Shown one piece after another: positions 1 to 8,204 of a stretch of 9,972 bases of DNA. The DNA lies in assembly GCF_006345805.1 (NCBI RefSeq), contig NW_021827674.1:1-9972 (forward strand), written 5' to 3'. The translations under genes and the position numbers were made by a program. Position 1 is the stretch's first letter, and each line of letters starts with the position of its first letter. The notes below the pieces were generated by a model, which saw nothing but the letters and a program-made list of their open reading frames with translations, searched no databases and had not been told where the DNA came from. This DNA is from Octopus sinensis (lineage: Eukaryota).

Positions 1-89
1 TCATCTTTATTACCATTACCACTAGCACTATTATCATCGCTGTCGTCGTCGTCGTCGTCGTCATCGTCTTTGTATCCGTCGTCGTCGTT

Positions 90-121
<32 letters not shown>

Positions 122-129
122 TATCATCA
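1..129. repeat. Compound trinucleotide microsatellite (GTC)n/(ATC)n
   Basis: Runs of GTCGTC (about 42-88) and ATCATC (about 90-129) are directly visible, preceded by degenerate TTA/CCA triplets. Confidence 0.95.
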
Positions 130-754
130 AACGCTAATGGTAATCGCTTACAGAATGGTTCGATAACAGTTATTACATGTTACAATTAATCGTAAATTCA
201 CTTTCTGCTCCATTACTCGACATTAGGTTTATTCTCAAGATAGCTTTAAGAAATAATGATTAAATTCAGTTTAAGAACACTATGTTTCAGTATGTTAGCT
301 TTATGACTTATATTCCTCTTAGAAGATCTTTAAGATTTACTAATCTTATTTATGGATTAGATCGAAGCCTTAGCTATATTTAATATTACTATTTACAGTT
401 ATTTACTTCCAATCACATATTCTTACTTATTGAATATTTGTGATCACCTTGCTTCATGAATTTACGATAAATATTTTCATATTAACCGGAAATAAAGCCA
501 TAATATTTTACAGCATTAGTATGATACATTCAAAGTATGACATAACAAACATCTGTGATCTATTTTCAAAGTATTTATAAGTACCAAATCGGCAATAAAG
601 CAGAAGTATCAGAGTTTTTCAGTAAACTGTACTCGGCGCCTTGAAGTTCTGAGTTTATATTACACTTTTTTTTTAATGGGTTATTCATAAAGCCACCATT
701 ATTAGTAAGGTATGGCGGTCCTCTAGTGGAAACGCACAGATAGAATTACGTCGA

Positions 755-886
755 AATCGGGTCAGGAATGGGCATGCGCAGTTGCGGCGCGTCGCTGCAT
801 CCATCGTTATTTGTCGGTATCTGCGCAGGTCATCATCCTGGGTGGCTCTCCAGGCAATGACCCAACCAGTTCCAACCTCCGCGAGA
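755..886 (-). mobile_element. RTE-clade LINE relic, 3' terminal part (C-terminus of ORF plus tail remnant)
   Basis: Minus strand reads LAEVGTGWVIAWRATQDDDLRRYRQITMDAATRRNCACPF, then CCTGACCCGA. This resembles RTE/Expander C-termini (AW..A...YR..VDAATR...CP followed by a (CCTGA)n-like tail). It joins in frame with 1201-1280 once the SINE and one TSD copy are removed. Confidence 0.75.
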
Positions 887-1200
887 GTGGAGGCACATGG
901 CCTAGTGGTTAGAGCAGCGGACAGCGGTCGAGGGATCGCGGTTCGAATCTCAGACCGGACGATGTGCGTGTTTATGAGCGAAACACCTAAGCTCCACGCG
1001 GCTCCGGCAGAAGGTAATGGCGAACTTCTGCTGACTCTTTCGCCACAACTTTCTGTCTCACTCTTTCCTCCTGCGTCTTGCAGCTCACCTGCGATGGACC
1101 GGCGTCCCGTCCAGGTGGGGAACCTATACGCCAGGAAACCGGGAAACCGGCCGTTTTGAGCCAGGGATGGCTCGAGAAGGAACAAACAAACAAAAGAAAC
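887..1200 (+). mobile_element. Full-length tRNA-derived SINE with 12-bp TSD
   Basis: A box TGGCCTAGTGG (898-908), B box GGTTCGAATC (940-949), body with stem-loops, (AAAC)n tail at 1181-1200. Flanked by the exact direct repeat ACCTCCGCGAGA at 875-886 and 1201-1212. Confidence 0.93.
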
Positions 1201-1280
1201 ACCTCCGCGAGACGCTTCCTCATCCGCCGACACCATGAAGCACGAGGCCGACCAACACGATCACTACAACCGGATCCTCT
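1201..1280 (-). mobile_element. RTE-clade LINE relic, upstream part (5'-truncated)
   Basis: Minus strand reads SDRVGRPRASWCRRMRKRLAEV. The GRPR.SW motif is typical of the C-terminal region of RTE-type ORFs. Confidence 0.75.
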
Positions 1281-1430
1281 AAATTATTGCGAAACCCTAC
1301 GTTAAGAGACGATCAAAATAGTGGGAGGATCAAAATAATGATATACTTCCCTGGTGCTACATGTGTGTCGGCTTCTCGTCAAAGTATGCTGGAAGGATTT
1401 CCTTCATGGTCTTTGATTTGCATATATTTT

Positions 1431-1570
1431 GTACCACTTTCATCGACCCCACGAAGGATGAATGGCATAGTTGGCCTCGGCTGGATTTGATCTCAGAGCA
1501 CAAAAAGGTCGGAACAAGTACCACAAGGTACTTTTACCCCACTCTAAAGATTCTGTTCCTTCGCTACCTT
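1431..1570 (-). mobile_element. Degenerate SINE (a different family from the others in the window)
   Basis: Minus strand AAGGTAGCGAAGGAACAGAATCTTTAG...CTGAGATCAAATCCAGCCGAGGCCAACTATGCCATTCATCCTTCGTGGGGTCGATGAAAGTGGTAC has a decayed B box (GAGATCAAATC) and the GCCTTTCATCCTT..GGGGTCGATAAA-type core that I recall from abundant octopus SINEs. Confidence 0.75.
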
Positions 1571-1659
1571 AACAATAGAAACTTTGATCTACATCAACCG
1601 TATTTCATTTACCGAAGTTAATATATTTTACATGGAAAGAAATTTTAAATAAAGTTTGA

Positions 1660-2840
1660 GCAGAGAAGAATTGCATGTGAAGGAAGCATTTTACAATTGT
1701 TAACATCTTTCATAAGTACTTTCAACTTTTCAATCTTTCTTAAATACTTTATATCCTCTCAATTTATCGACTTCATTGTTTGCTCCATTCTAAATTAGGA
1801 CCTTTTATACAACAATATATAGCATTATTCTTGAAATGTTTAACTAAGAATTGCTTTCATTTTTCTTTTGAGTTAAAAATGTCAAAGAAAAGCAGTTCTG
1901 GTTGGTTGTTTGCCACAATAACTTTGGTCTTGCTTTTCAATTATTTTGTCTCTGGACAATAAACTCTTAATGCGGTATGTCTTATTTTTAGAAACTATAT
2001 ATTAATTATGAAAGTATTGCAACAATAAACTTTCGCCTACACAAAAGAAGATATTCCTGTAACATCATCATAACTTTTATACAACCAGTATCGTGTGTTT
2101 GCTTTACGTGCCAGAATCTTTGAGGAGATAATATTTTATGAATGCACCTTATCGCATGGTTAGAAAATTTGAAGGATACAGAAAAGGACATTAATTATCT
2201 TCATATCAACGAACGGGTATTTCGGGTATTTAATATTAATGGATATTTATTCGACTCAATTATTAAAATATCATCAAAATGCAGATATGGCCTGATCTGT
2301 ATTCATCAACACACAATTCTAGGTTTACTGTCATCAGAATTAAATTTCTGAGACCTAATAGTCATCCAACTTTCCAATTTTCACAAGTGAGTTTTCACTG
2401 AAATCTAATTCTTAAAGTGCAATTTAAAATTACGACAAAAATTGGAACATCTGATCCATATAACTGGAGGAAATTGAGAAATCTATGAAGATAATTAATT
2501 GCTAACACAATAAGTGAAATACAATTATTTGGATATTATATCATATCCGAATAGTAGTAGTAAATATATTCTTGGGTTCCTGCATTTACTTTCGCGTTTA
2601 TACCTAATAGAAAACTAAATATGGAGACAGAGCGCCCACAGATTACTTACAATGTACTGTTTGAGTCACTTCTACTTATATTCGAAATTCATTAACGTCA
2701 CAACTCATTTCAATAGCGGAAGGAAAAAGAGGATCGCCTTGGAGTATTAATAAAGTAACACTGTTCCAATCACCGGTTGAAATATTTGAATCCCATATAC
2801 ACTGTCGGCTTATAACATGTATAAACCACGAGTTACTTTG
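1660..2840 (-). mobile_element. Heavily decayed R4/Dong-like non-LTR retrotransposon (RT core through restriction-like endonuclease)
   Basis: Degenerate motifs occur in the expected order on the minus strand: NSWFIHVI (2834-2811, cf. HSWI), GALSPYLVF (2636-2610, cf. QGDSLSPL), IFIDF (2492-2478, cf. LFMDD), ENWK (2382-2371), LNTRNT (2233-2216, cf. LNTRNY), NIISSKILARK (2135-2103, cf. HIISGC.ILA), VIVANNQPELL (1922-1890, cf. ANRPDI), EVDKLRGYK (1774-1748, cf. E.EK..KY) and KYL*KM (1721-1704, cf. LWK). Many stops and frameshifts; matched by eye. Confidence 0.62.
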
Positions 2841-2847
2841 TCATCTG

Positions 2848-3062
2848 CACACAGAGAGAAACACAAGTACACACACACATACATACACACTTTTATATGT
2901 GTGCGCGTGTGTGAGAAAGAAGGCGAGAGAGGCTGAGTGTGTATGTATATGTATATGCAATATACATATGTATACAACCGTATATATACGTATAAGACAT
3001 ATACAAGCTATGAAAATTTATATATAGATATATACTGTATATATACACACATATATAAATGA

Positions 3063-3093
<31 letters not shown>

Positions 3094-3107
3094 CAGTATA
3101 TATACAA
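2848..3107. repeat. Mixed (CA)n/(TG)n/(TA)n low-complexity tract
   Basis: ACACAC, GTGTGT and a pure (TA)n run at about 3067-3092 are directly visible. Confidence 0.9.
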
Positions 3108-3155
3108 ATAGATAGATAGATAAATAAATAGATAGATAGATAGATAGATAGATAT

Positions 3156-3187
<32 letters not shown>

Positions 3188-3191
3188 ATAA

Positions 3192-3276
<85 letters not shown>
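3108..3276. repeat. (GATA)n tetranucleotide microsatellite
   Basis: About 42 GATA units with AATA interruptions near 3123-3130 and 3187-3194. Confidence 0.98.
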
Positions 3277-3335
3277 CGTGCATATATACATTTTTACACA
3301 CATATATACAGATACAGATACAGACACAAACAACA

Positions 3336-3500
3336 CGACGGACTTTCACACACTTTGTTTCGACCGAATTCCACTCGAAAGATGTTGGTCAAATGAAAAC
3401 TATGGGAGAAGTCACGTGTTCAAAGTGTAGTGCGATGGGATCAAACCGGATGCACGTGTTTCTGAAGCGAACTTCTTAACACCACAGTCTTGCCAGCGCC
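3336..3500 (-). mobile_element. Old diverged SINE 5' half, same family as 8881-9303
   Basis: Aligns end to end with 9141-9303 (CGACGG...TCCACTC...TTGGTC...CTAT..AGAAG.CAC.TG...CACAG...GCGCC) with many substitutions. Confidence 0.85.
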
Positions 3501-3559
3501 AATATTTCTGTCAATTAGTTTATTTTATTCATAATATTTCGATATTTTAACACTCCAAT

Positions 3560-3780
3560 ATGTGTATTATGCATTAATCCAGTTAATCATTTCTCTTCCG
3601 TTTTCAATTTCATTTTCTAATATCTCTGAACCCCAACAAGGTTTCTTGTACGAATTTACATTTGGCTTCACGCGACTACTCTACAGCGTACTCATTATTA
3701 TTGCAGGCACCATTAATAATCTCATTGCCTTATTATCTGGAAGATTGCTTCCCACAGATTCCATTCGCTACTTCTCACTT
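3560..3780 (-). mobile_element. Possible N-terminal fragment of the R4/Dong-like fossil
   Basis: Minus strand MRLLMVPAIIMSTL*...KKPCWGSEILENEIENGREMINWI (latter motif at 3647-3576) resembles the pre-RT segment KP.W..RLE..I...R.DI of R4/Dong-type ORFs. Strand and order agree with 1660-2840. Confidence 0.35.
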
Positions 3781-4291
3781 TGTGAACACGATGGAGCAAT
3801 TAGTTGCATTGTATTTTAACTCAAATTTTCTGAAGAATAGCTTCGTTGCACACAGGTTTCCAATAGGAGAATTGCTAGTTCACTGCATTTAAACTCCACA
3901 CCGACAGTTCTTCTTTGGTTTATATCGGATTCGTTCAAAAAAATGTAGCTTGTTTTAATTACGGTGCATAAGCGCTACATAGTTGTTTCTTAATTAGGAT
4001 TCACTGATTTTCTTCATGGGTGATTTCGTTGGAAATCAACGCAAGAATGGAAAATAAATTATTATTCTCCATATTACCCAAAAACATTGGTAAACCTTAG
4101 ACAGACTTAGGCTGGGTTCTCATATTTTAATATTCTCTCATGTTCTCATCATATCCTCACAAATCCCTTTGTCTGAAGAAGAGAACTGTTTAATGCAAGA
4201 GAAATTGATTTGTCAACAAGAATCTTAACTGATTAATTACATATGCATGTCTGCACTTTACTCCTAATCCACAGGATAAAGGTAAACAGGC

Positions 4292-4342
4292 CACACACAC
4301 AAACACACACACATACACACACTTACACATACATGTGTACAC
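4292..4342. repeat. Imperfect (CA)n microsatellite
   Basis: CACACACACAAACACACACACATACACACAC is directly visible. Confidence 0.9.
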
Positions 4343-4619
4343 GATCATATGTGCATGGTCATATAAAACGATACATACCATCATAACCAGAGCGACAGAG
4401 ATTCGCATGGAGATACAAGTACAGAATCACATTACATAAAACGAAATGTATAAAGTATCATCGATATATATAGGCTTGATGAATAAACTCTAAATCACGT
4501 GTCTAGTTTTTTTATTTGTTTTGTTTTTTTTTTGTTTAATCGGTTTCCCTCTTTGTATGAAGATGGTAGGGGAAATAGGTGGCAGTGCTGAAAAAGGTGT
4601 GAAGGAGGAATAGGAAAGA

Positions 4620-4815
4620 AGTATTATAAAATGAGATGGATTACATAGATAAATAGATAGTTGGGAGATTAACACAGAGGAATTTTAGATGGGAAACTGT
4701 TCTGAGAAAAAGGATTAGGTAAAGTGTTTAGAGCAGAAGTGAGCGCTGTAAGGATAATGAAGTGATTGGAAACGATTGTGTTTGTTGATAAAGTGTAAAT
4801 GGATATGGAGGAGTT
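4620..4815 (-). mobile_element. Possible L2/CR1/Jockey-type LINE 3' relic
   Basis: Minus strand 4741-4677 reads HFCSKHFT*SFF then, after a frameshift, RTVS. This is reminiscent of the SFFPRT...WNSLP C-terminal motif. The tract is purine-skewed on the plus strand. Confidence 0.35.
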
Positions 4816-4819
4816 ATTT

Positions 4820-5070
4820 CAAAATTTCTTGTGTAAGCCAGAGAAGTTTCTTTATTGTATCTAACCTCAGTTCTTGTCGTAAATCCTGCACATAATCATT
4901 TCTCCACAAAATTGCATTTTTCTGGACATGCATCTCTCTCCATATCGCTCTTCAGAAAGAAATGTGCGGAATTTAAAGCTGGATATCAGTTGTGTTGGCA
5001 ACTCCAGTCAACCATTATCTTCCGGATTACAAGTGCTTGTAAAATATAGATTGGGTATCATCCCTTCCAC
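4820..5070 (-). mobile_element. Possible Tc1/mariner-superfamily transposase relic
   Basis: Minus strand DNG*LELPT, then after a frameshift YPALNSAHFFLKSDMERDAC, and later VQDLRQEL. Compare G..EWPP.SPDLNP.DFFLWG..E..AC and later ..DLK..I. The catalytic residues are degenerate. Confidence 0.35.
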
Positions 5071-5656
5071 CAAGTACGAATTAATATATTACATACAACC
5101 ATACATATACCTATGTGCATATGAACGTGTGTTTTTATGTAAATGTATGCGAACGAGGCAGAAACTAAGAGAAGTGTATACAAAATATATCAAGCCCGAT
5201 TTGGATAAAAGTCTTTTGTTTTATGAGGGATATTTAGTTCTATGTTTATGTTCATCGAGAAGTTTAATGTGTTTCTGTCAGTTTCCTCATCTTATTTCAA
5301 TACGATCTTGTAAGAGCTTCATTAAATTGCTCTAACGCTGTAGACGCTGTTTGCTACATCCTTACACAATTATTCTAACGTTATTAACTTTTTCTATCGT
5401 TTGTACTAGTTCTGAATGCTTTAGTTAATGTATTTAATGCAATTGGAAACATGGGATAATATAAAAGTCTTCGGGCAATGTTTGTTCAAGGAAGGAATCA
5501 ATAAGGAAAATTGTTATATATTGATTCCTTCTTCATAAAATAGTAAAAACTGTCCTACCACTAAGAATGAAACGTAATAAAGATATACAAAAAGAATAGA
5601 AAGTGAAAAATTGCTTTAATTGAGCTACAGCTGTCACGTATCAACATCTTGACTTG

Positions 5657-5778
5657 TATATATATATATGTATATATATATGTATATATATATGTATATA
5701 TATATATATATATCATATATATATATATATATATATCATATATATAATATATATATATATATTATCATATATATATAT
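5657..5778. repeat. (TA)n microsatellite with TG/CA interruptions
   Basis: Directly visible, with recurring TATATATATG and TATATATCA subunits. Confidence 0.97.
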
Positions 5779-5954
5779 CTTATTCCACGGTACACAATGG
5801 CTAATTTAGTTACTACTGCAGTTATTTTACGGAGAAAATTGTGAGTTATTTTGACGTATCAGTTGTTGTTGTTGTCAAAAATAACTAATCGATCGATCGA
5901 TGATAATATTTAATTAGTATTGTCATCTTAATTATTGGAGCATGTTGTCCTAAG

Positions 5955-6300
5955 TTTGTGAATTGTAATATTTCAGCCCTGGTTTATAAATAAATTCCCA
6001 TGAATCAACTGTCCAGCTTTGATTCGAGAAACGAATATTTTCACAAACTTTACTGGTATTCTTAAGAAATATATGCATTGCACCAAATCCAATTTTCATC
6101 GCTGAAATGAATAAACTTGATCGTTCAATGATAGTGACCAGTGGTCATGGAAGGCCAAGTAATTGTATATATTGCACAATTTATAAGATGTATAAATATT
6201 TATCCTCTCCTAAGGTGTTTCTTGTAGGAAGATTTGACTGCCGTTGGTAAAGAATGTAAAGTAAATATTAATATGCTTATCTGTAAATAAATTTGGTATC
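5955..6300 (-). mobile_element. Possible piggyBac transposase relic
   Basis: Ordered minus-strand motifs: AVKSSYKKH (6241-6215, cf. GIVK.PS...YW), SMT....TIKFIHFSD (FIHFSD core within 6118-6098, cf. MSR.RF..I.RFLHF.D), then YKPG and NITI across a frameshift (5988-5961, cf. Y.PG.NITIDE). Confidence 0.45.
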
Positions 6301-6394
6301 CAGCATCAGAGGAATCTCCGTCTCAATTAAGTTTCTGGGAATACTTCGGTTGCACACGTTTTCATTCTACAGAACTTTGTAAAACTGTTTAAAG

Positions 6395-6676
6395 GATAAA
6401 CGCAATGAGAGAAGAGAAACAGATTGATACTTCCTGACAAACACTGCCAGCAAAGTGAAGGAGAATTTCGGTCTGGAAGGAAAAAAGGTTTGCGAAAATT
6501 CCCCTACATCGTGAACATGAGGATAACATCCATTTGCTCAGATAAAGACCGAAGACCTTGGGATGTGGTTCCCTAAAGTAACAGAGAAATAGAAAGGAAC
6601 TTCTTATAGAACTGCACAGCATCCGCTGCAAGATTTTTATGATCATGGGGAGAGCCAAATGATTTAAGAGGGTGAT
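6395..6676 (+). mobile_element. Possible decayed RTE-type LINE 3' end leading into the (GAA)n array
   Basis: Plus-strand fragments across frameshifts read AMREEK, LTNTASKVK, GEFRSGRKK and KELL..TAQ..FMIM. Compare H.MRK..LE.L..TGK.EG.R.RGR and ELIR.A.DR..W..M. A short-unit tandem tail follows immediately. Confidence 0.45.
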
Positions 6677-6918
6677 GAAGAAGAAGAAGAAGAAGAAGAA
6701 GAATAAGAAGAAGAAGAAGAAGAAGAAGAAGATTAAGAATATTAAGAAGAAAGAAGAAGAAGAAGAAGAAGAAGAAGAAGAAGAAGATTAAGAAGAAGAA
6801 GAAGAAGAAGAAGAAGACGAAGAAGAAGAAGAAGATTAAGAAGAAGATTAAGAAGATTAAGAAGAAGATTAAGAAGAAGAAGAACAAGATTAAGAAGAAG
6901 AAGAAGAAGAAGAAGACG

Positions 6919-6950
<32 letters not shown>

Positions 6951-7060
6951 GAAGAGTAGAAGAAGAAGTAGAAGAAGAAGACGAAGAGAAGACGAAGAAG
7001 AAGAAGAAGAAGAAGAAGAAGAAGAAGAAGAAGAAGAAGAAGAAGAAGAAGAAGAAGAAG
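6677..7060. repeat. Long (GAA)n microsatellite (about 380 bp) with ATT/ACG/GTA interruptions
   Basis: Directly visible, with an almost purely purine plus strand. Confidence 0.98.
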
Positions 7061-7068
7061 GCGGTCTG

Positions 7069-7196
7069 TATGCAGGGGTTGCTGTGTGGTAAGAAGCTCG
7101 CTTCCCAACCACATGGTTCTGGGCACCTTGGGCCAGTGTCTTCTACTATAGCCTTGGACCGACCAAAGCCTTGTGAGTGTATTTGGTAAACGGAAA
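7069..7196 (+). mobile_element. SINE 5' half, same family as 8881-9303, with the B-box region deleted
   Basis: GCTGTGTGGTAAGAAGCTCGCTTCCCAACCACATGG...GGCACCTTGGGCCAGTGTCTTCTACTATAGCC...GACCAAAGCCTTGTGAGTG closely matches the reverse complement of 9155-9300, but about 18 nt are missing at 7121/7122. Confidence 0.92.
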
Positions 7197-7226
7197 TGGA
7201 GCTTGAAGGAAAGGGGTGGTTTTTTT

Positions 7227-7316
7227 AGTAGTAGTAGTAGGAGGAGGAGGAGGGGAGGGGGGAAGGGGAGAGGAGGAGGCGGAGGATGAAGAGGAGGAGG
7301 AGGGGGGAGGGAGGAG
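7227..7316. repeat. (AGT)n followed by a (GGA)n/G-rich purine tract
   Basis: AGTAGTAGTAGT then GGAGGAGGAGGAGGGGAGGGGGGAAGGGG is directly visible. Confidence 0.92.
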
Positions 7317-7330
7317 CACAAAGCCGCACA

Positions 7331-7606
7331 TGAGGCTCCGGCAGGGGGGACGACCCCTGTTGTACTCTTTCGCTCCAAATTTATCTCACTCTTTCTTCCT
7401 GTTTCTTGTCCCCGACTTCCTACGCAACCGCTGAGCCTGGATGCGCATTCATCCAACCGTCGATGCTCTCAGTGTTGGCGGGGGTGACCTGCTTTCTCTT
7501 CTGCGGGTCTTACGAATAGCAAAGGACCACGTTTCGGACTTCTCCCACTACAGCTGGGACGAAGACCGTTTCGCTCAACAAACAGACAAACAAACAAACA
7601 AGCAGC
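7331..7606 (+). mobile_element. 5'-truncated SINE related to 887-1200, with (AAAC)n tail and a 9-bp candidate TSD
   Basis: 7333-7401 aligns with 999-1073 (GGCTCCGGCAG...ACTCTTTCGC...TCTCACTCTTTC.TCCTG). The 3' body differs, the (AAAC)n tail lies at 7577-7601, and AGCCGCACA is repeated at 7322-7330 and 7607-7615. Confidence 0.85.
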
Positions 7607-8204
7607 AGCCGCACAATCATAGCGCCATTTTGCACCTGAACCCCCCCCCCTACCAAGGACAGTCATGTATTTCATGTTCGACGGTCGAACTCCCTACAGT
7701 TTTACGCCATCTGTTTCATTAAACGTGCTTCGATCTCGTCCATCAGGAATAGTTAAGAAGGTAACTAAAACCGTTGTTTTAGGAATATTTCATCGTATTC
7801 CTCAAACAATCGTAACTCATGACTCGTTTTTCCAAATGTTTCACACGCAATTGAGCAGAAGAAAAACAGAGGCGACAAACAGAGCCCTCTACGGGGTTTA
7901 GATCAAGGGAAACGCCGGTTCTGGTCAAATGCCAAAGGATATTTACCACAGTTTCTCAATACCTCCCTCCACCATCCCTAAACAAAGATGAAAGACCACC
8001 TTGGCATTTTATTTTCTCTGTAGCTAGTGTAAGTAATACATGTCCATTTGTTGTTAAATCTCTCTCGAATAACAGGAATTATCACCATAAAAACCATACC
8101 GTTGTTTTCGCACAAACAAAACAATATACACACACAAATTGAATCTCAAACCAGTATCAAAAAACCTAATTAAGCACAGATTTACGAGATACAAATCGAT
8201 TTCA

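Noticed and set aside
889-960. tRNA-like sequence with A and B boxes
   Set aside because: There is no proper acceptor stem, and it continues into a SINE body, tail and TSD, so it is a SINE head and not a tRNA gene.
685-1305. Overlapping ORFs of 183, 125, 78 and 75 aa
   Set aside because: They are chance open frames across a GC-rich SINE and LINE fragment. Only the RTE-like pieces have protein-like motifs.
2893-3349. ORFs with YLSI repeats (147 and 113 aa)
   Set aside because: They are translations of the (GATA)n/(TA)n microsatellite.
3562-3892. Hydrophobic 85-aa and 76-aa plus-strand ORFs resembling membrane peptides
   Set aside because: The composition is what AT-rich or antisense sequence gives. 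There is no family motif or splice support, and the opposite strand fits a retroelement relic better.
6573-7456. Poly-S/L/F/P/E ORFs (179, 188, 72 and 61 aa)
   Set aside because: They are translations of (GAA)n and (GGA)n tracts and SINE sequence.
7676-7690. Palindrome GTTCGAC-G-GTCGAAC with a B-box-like half
   Set aside because: The 7-bp arms are within chance expectation for 10 kb, and there is no upstream A box or tRNA-like context.
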